Of a stretch of 45,792 nt of DNA, positions 1-7,376 are shown one piece after another. A model generated the notes under the pieces. That model saw nothing but the letters and a program-made list of their open reading frames with translations. It ran no database searches and had not been told where the DNA came from. The position numbers were made by a program, and so were the translations under genes. Numbering within the stretch: the first letter of the stretch is position 1; every line of letters starts with the position of its first letter. The stretch is from assembly GCA_900545835.1 (NCBI GenBank), contig URBB01000001.1, forward strand, positions 1-45,792, read 5' to 3'. Source of the DNA: an uncultured Collinsella sp. (lineage in GTDB: Bacteria > Actinomycetota > Coriobacteriia > Coriobacteriales > Coriobacteriaceae).

Positions 1-55
1 AACCCGCGACCCCAACCTTGGCAAGGTTGTGCTCTACCAACTGAGCCATGTCCGC
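1..55 (-). tRNA. tRNA-Gly(GCC), 3' end cut by window edge
   Basis: Reverse complement GCGGACATGGCTCAGTTGGTAGAGCACAACCTTGCCAAGGTTGGGGTCGCGGGTT...; identical to 228-282; anticodon loop CTTGCCAAG. Confidence 0.9.
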
Positions 56-61
56 ATATGT

Positions 62-88
62 AAAACAAAACGGGCGCCGGAGCGCCCG
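62..88 (-). terminator. Terminator-like hairpin in tRNA-Cys/tRNA-Gly spacer
   Basis: CGGGCGC-TCCG-GCGCCCG followed by TTTTGTTTT on minus strand. Confidence 0.5.
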
Positions 89-97
89 GATGTTGCC

Positions 98-171
98 TGG
101 AGGCGAAGCCCGGATTCGAACCGGGGGTAAAGGCTTTGCAGGCCTCTGCCTTACCACTTGGCCACTTCGCC
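98..171 (-). tRNA. tRNA-Cys(GCA)
   Basis: GGCGAAGTGGCCAAGTGGTAAGGCAGAGGCCTGCAAAGCCTTTACCCCCGGTTCGAATCCGGGCTTCGCCTCCA; GCA anticodon, GTTCGAATCC T-arm, encoded CCA. Confidence 0.96.
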
Positions 172-172
172 G

Positions 173-196
173 AAAAAGGACCGCTTGATACGGTCC
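173..196 (-). terminator. Terminator-like hairpin in tRNA-Gly/tRNA-Cys spacer
   Basis: GGACCG-TATCAAG-CGGTCC followed by TTTTT on minus strand. Confidence 0.4.
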
Positions 197-206
197 GGAA
201 ACGCAA

Positions 207-282
207 TGGAGCGGACAACGGGGCTCGAACCCGCGACCCCAACCTTGGCAAGGTTGTGCTCTACCAACTGAGCCATGTCCGC
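207..282 (-). tRNA. tRNA-Gly(GCC)
   Basis: 76 nt cloverleaf, GCC anticodon, GGTTCGAGCCC T-arm, encoded CCA. Confidence 0.96.
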
Positions 283-294
283 TTGCGGGTTATT

Positions 295-323
295 AATTTA
301 CGCGAGTTGCCCAAAAGACGCAA
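295..323 (-). promoter_or_regulatory. Sigma70-type promoter of the tRNA Gly-Cys-Gly cluster
   Basis: TTGCGT-17 nt-TAAATT on minus strand, 12 nt upstream of tRNA-Gly, with A-rich upstream sequence. Confidence 0.65.
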
Positions 324-387
324 GTACTTTTTTCAAAAAACTTGTCTGCCGCATGTTCTTAGTAGCCAAACGCGCTAAAGCGATTGG

Positions 388-1134
388 CTAGGCACACGAT
401 TCCAGCGCTCCGCTAAACAGCTTCACCATCTGCACGCGCGTGCCGGCGCCGTCCGTACGACGAGCAACCTCCACGTTATCGACGAGCATACGCATAAGCT
501 TGATACCACGGCCGCGCTCCTCTGATGCGACCGGTTCGCTCGTTTCATCGATAGAATAGCCGGCACCTCGATCAAGCACCTCAACCACAACGCGATCGCC
601 ATAGGCCTGAACCGTCAGGACGCACCCGATACCGCCCGCATGGTCATAGGCATTACCCAGCGCCTCCCCCGACGCCAATGCGACATCGTAGCGCTCGTCA
701 CGGCGCAACGGAAGCGATTCAAGGAGTTCGGCGATGCGATGTCGGTAGTATGGAAGATTCTCGATACCCTGACGGACCTCGACGCTCTTACTCCAGCGAG
801 GCAGCTCCCCCACCGGAATGGCGGGAATAGACTCCCGTGCCGGCCCCGCGACATGAAGAATATCGACAAGACGTGCAATCTCCAAAAAGCGAACAACTTC
901 ACCTGATGCATTGACGAGCGAAAGCAGGCCTTCTCGCCTCATGAGCTCACGAGCGCGCGCAAGCAGGAATGCCAAGCCCGTCGAATCGATGAAGCTAACA
1001 GCCTGACAGTTGATGACGACACGACGCACGCCGCGGCCAATCAAAGCATCCAACCGCCGACGCAGCGCAGGCACCGTGGCGATGTCGATATCGCCTGGTG
1101 GCGTCAAAACCGCTATGTCATTCCACTCATTCAT
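388..1134 (-). CDS. STAS (anti-sigma antagonist, RsbV-like) - HATPase (anti-sigma Ser kinase, RsbW-like) fusion protein
   Basis: N-terminal GDIDIATVPALR...SFIDSTGLAFL (STAS phospho-Ser motif); C-terminal GEALGNAYDHA (N box), VLDRGAGY (G1), ERGRGIKLMRMLVD (G2). Start moved to ATG 1134 behind GGGGAA. Confidence 0.85.
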   Translation of the reverse strand: MNEWNDIAVLTPPGDIDIATVPALRRRLDALIGRGVRRVVINCQAVSFIDSTGLAFLLARARELMRREGLLSLVNASGEVVRFLEIARLVDILHVAGPARESIPAIPVGELPRWSKSVEVRQGIENLPYYRHRIAELLESLPLRRDERYDVALASGEALGNAYDHAGGIGCVLTVQAYGDRVVVEVLDRGAGYSIDETSEPVASEERGRGIKLMRMLVDNVEVARRTDGAGTRVQMVKLFSGALESCA

Positions 1135-1212
1135 ACGACCATGGTTCCCCAAAAAAGCCCACTCGATGCATTCGTTTCCCCAACCGTACGGATTCAGCCC
1201 GCCCAGCGTCGT

Positions 1213-3558
1213 CTATGAACGACCCCGTAAAAACTCAAGGGACACCAATGCAATGTCATCGTCCAGCGCCGATTCGGTAAATCTGTCAAGCTCGCCCAAG
1301 ACCTTGCCGCAGATTCCCGATACGCCCTCACCCGAGACAGAGAGCAGAAGGTCACGAAGGCGCTGCTCGCCAAAGAACGCTCCGGTGCGGTCGCGGGCCT
1401 CAATCGTTCCATCCGTATACATGAAGAGCATGTCGCCAGGAGCGAACGTAAACACTCCCGTCTCGTACACCATGCTCTCAAAGGCACCGATTACCCCCGA
1501 TTGGCATCCAAGCAGCTCGACCTCTCCCCCACGAGCCTCGTCGCCACCCAGCGGCATCGACTCTGGCCTGATGACCATGGTCGGAGGATGGCCCGCCGAA
1601 CAATACGTTGCGCGTCCGGCTTTAAGGTCAATCTTGGCGATAAAGGCCGTCACGAACGTCTCGACCCTCGAGAAGCCCATGAGCATGCTGTTAAGGGAGC
1701 GTGCCATGCGGGCCGGTCCAGCGCCCTCCCAGGCATATGCCGTCAGGGCCGTCTTGACGAGCGCGGACATCGATGCAGCCTCAATGCCTTTGCCAGACAC
1801 ATCGCCCAGAATCATGACGGCGCAATCGTCGGGAAGACGGATGAGCGTATAGAAATCGCCGCCGACCAACGCCGAGTTCGTGGCCGACAGGTACACCGAA
1901 TCGGTTGCGATACCCGGAACATCCCCCAGTGAATTTCTCATGCCAATCTGGAGGGTCTGAGCGATATGGCGCTCCTCACGCTTTTGAGATTCGCCTTCAT
2001 AGATCAGTTCAAAGTCATGAGCCAAGTGCACCAAGTAGTCATATTCAAGGTCATCAATCGGCTCTTGGCTACCATCACGAAGCAGCAGCGCGCGCGTCGT
2101 CGGGCCCTTCGCAACAGAAGCAGGAACGATCGCGTCGTTACTGTGCTTGCCATCGCCCTCAGAGCGCGGGCGCCCCGCCTCGATGCCGGCGTCGACGTAG
2201 AGACCCTGGCAAGGCAGGCCATGTGCCCTAAGCCAGCCTCCCATAGGCATCGATTCGTCAACGCGAGTTATACGGACGTGTTTAAGGTCCTCGGCACTCG
2301 TGCCGCCCAAAACAGATGCCTCAAAGCCATCGGGGGCAGCCCCCAAACGTGCCGCTGGCGCCGTCGTGGAAAAGAAAAGCTTCTCGGGATCGTCCGGCAA
2401 AGCAACGCGACTGCCGCCTTCAAAATCTATGACGTAGGAATCCAGACTGGCGTCATACTCAACAGGGCAAAAATGGCAGTTAAGCATATTGCAGATCTCG
2501 GACGATACCGCCTGGGTAGCCGCGGCGGAATCGTCTAGAAAGGTAAACAACTCATCCCGCAAGACATTGAGCGAGCGGCCAAGCTCGGCCGTGCGACGGG
2601 AGCGAAGGCTCGATGCCATGCCGACCAGCTGGATAGACAGGTAATCGCAAATGACCTCGAGCACATTAACGTCATAGGCGAGCGGTGCCTGAGGGCGTTT
2701 CCAACCAACTTCCAGCACGCCAAGGATCTGCGTACCGTAAAAAACGGGAAGACAGATTTCACTGCGGTACGGAGGCATATCCTGCATGCGCAACAGGTGC
2801 TTAGAACGATTGTCCAGGTCCATAAACATACCGGAGGCGGCCTTATCGCCCTCAAGGTCCTGTTGAATCGACAAGCGACAAGCACGCGACTCGCGAAGAA
2901 CATACGTCGGAATGCCAGCGCCATACGGCAAAAACTCGGGCAGGTAGCTGTCGAGCAGCTCCTTGGAAACACCGCGAAGCTTAAAGCCGCCGCTCTCAGA
3001 AAAATAGATAGCGGCACCCGAAGCATCGAGCGTTCCTACAAGCTGGTTCAAAACGGTATCAAGCAGGCTGGGTAACTCATCGGATCCCACAGTGCTCATA
3101 ATGACCGAGAGCGTGCCAGAGAGACGCTTGTTCGCCACTCTAAGCTCCGATAACGCACGCTTGAGTTGACGGTCGTGAGAATACTGTTCCTCGATACTGT
3201 GAAGTGCCACCAGGACACGTGGCGCGCGGCGCCCAAAGATGCGCGGAGGCGTTACGGAGCCCGCACGAACCAAGACGGGAATAAAAGAGCCGTCGCTCAA
3301 CTTGAGCATAAGTTCGCTCTCGGAGCCATCAGTTTCAAATGGCAGACGATGTTCCGTCGCACGTTCAAAAGCGGAAGAGTACAGGACGTCTTTAACATCT
3401 CCACCGATGACGTCGGCGCGTTCCTCGCACATCAAACCAAGTAAGCGATTATTCACATGCAGAATGGTTCCGTCGAGCTCGCAGATGATGACAGCATCGC
3501 TCGTGATCTCGACTAGTTGGGCAACGTCTGCCCACTCGTTGCGTTCAAGCGTTTCCAT
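1213..3558 (-). CDS. PAS/GAF-containing SpoIIE/RsbU-family PP2C serine phosphatase
   Basis: N-terminal PAS (DAVIICELDGTILHVNN), GAF (EICLPVFYGTQILGVLEV), C-terminal PP2C motifs VGGDFY, GDVSGKG, SAGHPP, YTDGTIEA, DDDIAL. Start ATG 3558 or GTG 3570. Confidence 0.9.
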   Translation of the reverse strand: METLERNEWADVAQLVEITSDAVIICELDGTILHVNNRLLGLMCEERADVIGGDVKDVLYSSAFERATEHRLPFETDGSESELMLKLSDGSFIPVLVRAGSVTPPRIFGRRAPRVLVALHSIEEQYSHDRQLKRALSELRVANKRLSGTLSVIMSTVGSDELPSLLDTVLNQLVGTLDASGAAIYFSESGGFKLRGVSKELLDSYLPEFLPYGAGIPTYVLRESRACRLSIQQDLEGDKAASGMFMDLDNRSKHLLRMQDMPPYRSEICLPVFYGTQILGVLEVGWKRPQAPLAYDVNVLEVICDYLSIQLVGMASSLRSRRTAELGRSLNVLRDELFTFLDDSAAATQAVSSEICNMLNCHFCPVEYDASLDSYVIDFEGGSRVALPDDPEKLFFSTTAPAARLGAAPDGFEASVLGGTSAEDLKHVRITRVDESMPMGGWLRAHGLPCQGLYVDAGIEAGRPRSEGDGKHSNDAIVPASVAKGPTTRALLLRDGSQEPIDDLEYDYLVHLAHDFELIYEGESQKREERHIAQTLQIGMRNSLGDVPGIATDSVYLSATNSALVGGDFYTLIRLPDDCAVMILGDVSGKGIEAASMSALVKTALTAYAWEGAGPARMARSLNSMLMGFSRVETFVTAFIAKIDLKAGRATYCSAGHPPTMVIRPESMPLGGDEARGGEVELLGCQSGVIGAFESMVYETGVFTFAPGDMLFMYTDGTIEARDRTGAFFGEQRLRDLLLSVSGEGVSGICGKVLGELDRFTESALDDDIALVSLEFLRGRS

Positions 3559-3584
3559 CGTGGACCCCACCGTCTATCGGTAAC

Positions 3585-3606
3585 AAAAAAGCCTCCGAAG
3601 AGGCTT
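3585..3606 (-). terminator. Intrinsic terminator after tRNA-Leu
   Basis: AAGCCTC-TTCG-GAGGCTT plus T-run on minus strand. Confidence 0.75.
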
Positions 3607-3617
3607 CTCAAATGCGA

Positions 3618-3707
3618 TGGTGTCGGAGGCGGGACTTGAACCCGCATGACCAAAAAGCGGTCACTAGCACCTCAAGCTAGCGCGTCTGCCAATTCCGCCA
3701 CTCCGAC
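3618..3707 (-). tRNA. tRNA-Leu(GAG)
   Basis: GTCGGAGTGGCGGAATTGGCAGACGCGCTAGCTTGAGGTGCTAG..., long variable arm, GGTTCAAGTCCC T-arm, encoded CCA. Confidence 0.96.
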
Positions 3708-3764
3708 ATGCTATGTTGTTGATTCGCAGTTCGTTTTGTTCGACCCGCGCGTTCAACGAGGAAG

Positions 3765-3794
3765 ATAATAACCTATGATTCGAGAACTGTGCAA
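3765..3794 (-). promoter_or_regulatory. Putative promoter of tRNA-Leu
   Basis: TTGCAC-18 nt-TATTAT on minus strand with A-rich upstream sequence. Confidence 0.55.
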
Positions 3795-3851
3795 GCACTT
3801 TTTTCAAAAAAGTTTACGAATTTGTAAATGCGCTGGTAGATCTATATGTTC

Positions 3852-3976
3852 GGCCCCGAATCGGTGTTGCCTCCCGGCGCGTCCTCGGGCATGAGCGATA
3901 TTTTGCTTCGCACTTCGTGCTGCAAAATATCGCTCCCCCTGCGGAATGCGCCGGGAGGCAACACCGATTCGGGGCC
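3852..3976. repeat. Long palindromic hairpin element E1 (125 nt)
   Basis: Perfect 29-bp arms 3852-3880/3948-3976, inner perfect 14-bp arms 3893-3906/3922-3935, apical GCAC-TTC-GTGC. Confidence 0.9.
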
Positions 3977-4066
3977 TGCAAATACATACTTCAGGCACAG
4001 TTCTCAAACATGTTCTGGGAGCTGATATAAATTTAGTGGCTCGGCTTTGCCTAGCCCTTATATAAG

Positions 4067-4092
4067 GAGGCCGGAGCTAAAGCTCCGGCCTC
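4067..4092. other. 12-bp perfect hairpin
   Basis: GAGGCCGGAGCT-AA-AGCTCCGGCCTC. Confidence 0.7.
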
Positions 4093-4156
4093 GCTATCTT
4101 TCCCATTAGATTAAGTGAGCGATCAAGGAATCGCACCCCTCTGCAGTGGTAACACA

Positions 4157-4288
4157 GGGCCCGTGCTGGACTTAGTTTTCAGAACATTCCGCAGACCAGG
4201 AAACCCCCTTATCCGCGGCTCCGAAGGAGCAGGATAAGGGGGTTTCCATGGTCGAGGACGTTCTGAAAACTAAGTCCAGCGCGGGCCC
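4157..4288. repeat. Long palindromic hairpin element E2 (132 nt), inverted structural homolog of E1; begins 16 nt downstream of the oppF stop
   Basis: 29-bp arms 4157-4185/4260-4288 (one mismatch), inner 16-bp arms GGAAACCCCCTTATCC/GGATAAGGGGGTTTCC, apical GCTCC-GAA-GGAGC. Confidence 0.9.
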
Positions 4289-4304
4289 GGACGATAACAA
4301 CCGG

Positions 4305-5333
4305 CTACAGGTCGATGTGCGATTCCTTGATCGGGAACGGCTCCGCGAAGTGGCACGCACAGCAGTGGCCCGGTGCGACTTCCTTAAACTCGGGAAGCTT
4401 CTCAGAGCAGATACCCTGAGCGATCGGGCAGCGAGTGTGGAAACGGCAGCCGGTCGGCGGATCCAGCGGTGACGGCGGATCGCCGGCAAGGATGATACGC
4501 TTGCGAGTCTTCTGGATATCAGGGTCGGGAACCGGTACGGCAGACAGCAGCGACTGCGTGTACGGATGGTGAGGCTCGCTATAGAGCGTCTTCCAGTCCG
4601 AAACCTCAACCATCTTACCCAGATACATAACGGCAACGCGATCGGAAATGTGCTGCACGACGGACAGGTCGTGAGCGATAAACAGATACGCGGTACCGAA
4701 CTTGTCCTGAAGTTCCTTGAGCAGGTTCAGAACCTGGGCCTGAATGGAAACATCCAGAGCGGAAACCGGCTCGTCGCAGATAATCAGCTTGGGCTTCAGC
4801 GCAAAAGCGCGGGCGATACCGACACGCTGACGCTGGCCGCCCGAGAACTCATGCGGATAACGGTTGATGTGCTCGGGGTTCAGTCCGACAACGTCGAGAA
4901 GCTCGCGGACGCGCTCAATGCGCTCCTCCTTGGTGCCCACGCCATGAATGGTCATGGGCTCGGAGACGATCTCACCGATGGTCATACGAGGGTTGAGCGA
5001 AGCATAAGGATCTTGGAAGATAAACTGCATCTCGCGACGCATGTCCTTGATCTCATGCTTGCTCATCTCGGCAACATCTTTGCCCTGGAAGAACACCTTA
5101 CCGGCGGTCGGCTTGGTCAGGCGCATGATGGTACGGCCCGTGGTGGACTTACCGCAACCAGACTCGCCGACCAGGCCAAAGGTCTCGCCCGGATAAATCT
5201 CGAACGAAATGTCATTCACAGCAGAGACGACACGCTTGGAGAAGCGCTTGGCGAACATGCCGGACTCAGCGGGAAACTCCTTAGAAAGGTGCTCGACCTT
5301 CAGCAGCGGAGTACGCTCGTTGGTATCTGCCAT
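4305..5333 (-). CDS. oppF: Oligo/dipeptide ABC transporter ATP-binding protein (OppF/DppF)
   Basis: Walker A GESGCGKST, FSGGQRQR, ICDEPVSALDVSIQAQ, C-terminal oligo_HPY/Cys motif. Confidence 0.9.
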   Translation of the reverse strand: MADTNERTPLLKVEHLSKEFPAESGMFAKRFSKRVVSAVNDISFEIYPGETFGLVGESGCGKSTTGRTIMRLTKPTAGKVFFQGKDVAEMSKHEIKDMRREMQFIFQDPYASLNPRMTIGEIVSEPMTIHGVGTKEERIERVRELLDVVGLNPEHINRYPHEFSGGQRQRVGIARAFALKPKLIICDEPVSALDVSIQAQVLNLLKELQDKFGTAYLFIAHDLSVVQHISDRVAVMYLGKMVEVSDWKTLYSEPHHPYTQSLLSAVPVPDPDIQKTRKRIILAGDPPSPLDPPTGCRFHTRCPIAQGICSEKLPEFKEVAPGHCCACHFAEPFPIKESHIDL

Positions 5334-6424
5334 TACGCCTCGCCTCCCTTCTTGGAATCCTTGCGCGTACGGGACGTCTCAGGAGCATTCTTGAGGAACT
5401 CGGGGTCACCGGAGTAGTGGCACGCAGAGTAATGGCCAGACTCGGTGACGACGCGCTCGGGGCGCTGCTTGCGGCACTTGTCCGTCGCATAGGGACAACG
5501 AGGAGAGAAGACGCAGCCCTCAGGCAGGTTCATGAGCGAAGGCGGGTTGCCGTGAATCGGCGTCAGCGGCTTCTTCTCCTCGATGGCCTGCTCCGGAATG
5601 GAACGAATAAGACCCCAGGTGTAGGGATGGCGGCTCTCGTAGAAGATTTCCTCAGCAGTACCGAACTCGACGGGACGGCCGGCGTACATAACCATGATCT
5701 TGTCGGCCATATCGGCGACGACACCCAGGTCATGGGTGATCATGATAATGGCGTTGCCGTTCTTCTCCTGCATCTCCTGCATGAGCTCGATAATCTGAGC
5801 CTGAATGGTAACGTCCAGGGCCGTCGTGGGCTCGTCGGCAATCAAGATGTCGGGATCGCAGGCAAGAGCCATAGCGATCATGACGCGCTGACGCATACCG
5901 CCAGAGAACTGGTGCGGATACTCATTGACGCGCTTCTCGGGCTCGGGAATACCAACGAGGTCCAAAAGCTCGGTGGCACGCTTGAGCGCCTCCTGCTTGG
6001 AATAACCACGGTGCAGACGAAGGCCCTCACCCACCTGCTTGCCGATCTTATAGACCGGGTTCAAGGAGGTCATAGGATCCTGGAAGATCATCGCGATATC
6101 GTTACCGCGAATGTGCTGCATCTCTTCCTCAGTCATCTCGAGGATCGAACGACCGCGATAGCGAACGTCGCCGCCCTCAATCTTTCCCGGAGGCATCGAG
6201 ATGAGGCCCATGATGGTCATGGCGGTCACGGACTTACCAGAGCCGGACTCGCCGACGACGCCCAGGGTCTCGCCGCGATCGAGCGTGTAGGAGACACCGT
6301 CGACAGCGCGAACGACGCCATCCTCGGTGTGGAAATACATCTTTAGGTCATCGACCTCGAGCAGATGCTGGCCCTCGGGAACCGGCTGGTCCTTCAGGTC
6401 CACATAGTTCTTGTTCTTCTTCAT
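5333..6424 (-). CDS. oppD: Oligo/dipeptide ABC transporter ATP-binding protein (OppD/DppD)
   Basis: GESGSGKS, FQDPMTSLNP, FSGGMRQR, ADEPTTALDVTIQAQ; TAATG overlap with oppF. Confidence 0.9.
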   Translation of the reverse strand: MKKNKNYVDLKDQPVPEGQHLLEVDDLKMYFHTEDGVVRAVDGVSYTLDRGETLGVVGESGSGKSVTAMTIMGLISMPPGKIEGGDVRYRGRSILEMTEEEMQHIRGNDIAMIFQDPMTSLNPVYKIGKQVGEGLRLHRGYSKQEALKRATELLDLVGIPEPEKRVNEYPHQFSGGMRQRVMIAMALACDPDILIADEPTTALDVTIQAQIIELMQEMQEKNGNAIIMITHDLGVVADMADKIMVMYAGRPVEFGTAEEIFYESRHPYTWGLIRSIPEQAIEEKKPLTPIHGNPPSLMNLPEGCVFSPRCPYATDKCRKQRPERVVTESGHYSACHYSGDPEFLKNAPETSRTRKDSKKGGEA

Positions 6425-6426
6425 CC

Positions 6427-7362
6427 TTATGCGTCCTTCATCTTGACGTCGAGGGCGTCGCGCAGACCGTCACCCAGCAGGGTGAAGGCGAGCACCGTCG
6501 AGAGAATTGCCAGACCGGGCATGATCATCATCCACGGAGCAGTCAGAAGATACTGCTGACCGTCCTGAATCATGGAGCCCCACGAAGGCGTAGGCGGAAT
6601 AACGCCCATGCCGAGGAAGGACAGAGCGGACTCGGTCAGAATGGCGCCACCAATGTTCATGGTCGCATAGACCACGATGGAGGCGACAGAGTTCGGGAAG
6701 ATGTGACGTACGACGATGCGAGCGTCAGATGCACCCATCGCGCGCGCAGCGTCAACATAGTCGTTTTCCTTGACCGTCAAGATCGCAGAGCGGAAGACGC
6801 GCGCAATCGAAGGCCAGCCAAGAATGCCGATGGCGATAAAGACGTTCTGAAGACCACGGCCGATAACGGCGATCATGGCGACAACGAACAGCACGTACGG
6901 GAACGCCAGGAAGATGTCCGCACAGCGCATGATGATCGTATCCCAGATGCCGCCGTAGAAACCGGCCAGAGCACCCATGACCAGACCAATCAGCGTGGAG
7001 ATCGCGGTGGCCATAATGCCGACGGACAGCGAAACGCGCGCACCGTAGATAACGCGGACGAGAATGTCACGACCAAGGGCGTCGGTGCCAAACGGGTGCT
7101 CGGCGCACGGAGCCAGCAGTGACGTCTCGGCCATAGTGGTCGAGTCGGAAGCCGTCGGGGAACCGAGCCAGGGCTTAGCCCACAGATCTGCGGTCAGGGC
7201 AACCAAAACGACGATGATGATCCAGCAGACACCGATAACGGCGAGCTTGTTCTTGCGAAGACGCTTAAAAGCGTCACCCCACAGCGTGCGAGACTTGGCG
7301 GGAGCAGATGCGGCCTTGGTGGCGGTAGCCTGCTCCTGAGACTGAGAATCAGTTTCCTGCAT
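6427..7362 (-). CDS. oppC: Oligo/dipeptide ABC transporter permease (OppC/DppC)
   Basis: HPFGTDALGRD, YVDAARAMGAS EAA loop, ESALSFLGMG, PSWG; multiple TM segments. Confidence 0.9.
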   Translation of the reverse strand: MQETDSQSQEQATATKAASAPAKSRTLWGDAFKRLRKNKLAVIGVCWIIIVVLVALTADLWAKPWLGSPTASDSTTMAETSLLAPCAEHPFGTDALGRDILVRVIYGARVSLSVGIMATAISTLIGLVMGALAGFYGGIWDTIIMRCADIFLAFPYVLFVVAMIAVIGRGLQNVFIAIGILGWPSIARVFRSAILTVKENDYVDAARAMGASDARIVVRHIFPNSVASIVVYATMNIGGAILTESALSFLGMGVIPPTPSWGSMIQDGQQYLLTAPWMMIMPGLAILSTVLAFTLLGDGLRDALDVKMKDA

Positions 7363-7376
7363 GAGACGTACCTCCC

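Noticed and set aside
1..282. Exact 55-nt direct repeat (1-55 vs 228-282) as a possible att site
   Set aside because: The repeat covers the tRNA 5' portion and is simply a second tRNA-Gly gene cut by the window edge; no integrase nearby.
136..378. 80-aa ORF over the tRNA cluster
   Set aside because: Antisense to tRNA-Cys and tRNA-Gly; spurious.
3838..3851. Possible SOS box next to E1 (CGAAC-ATAT-AGATC on minus strand)
   Set aside because: Only one half-site matches the consensus.
3804..4007. 67-aa ORF across hairpin E1
   Set aside because: No RBS or motif; the sequence is explained by the palindrome.
3852..4288. CRISPR or integron interpretation of the hairpins
   Set aside because: No direct repeat-spacer periodicity, no cas or intI gene, and no clear RYYYAAC/GTTRRRY attC cores at the hairpin ends.
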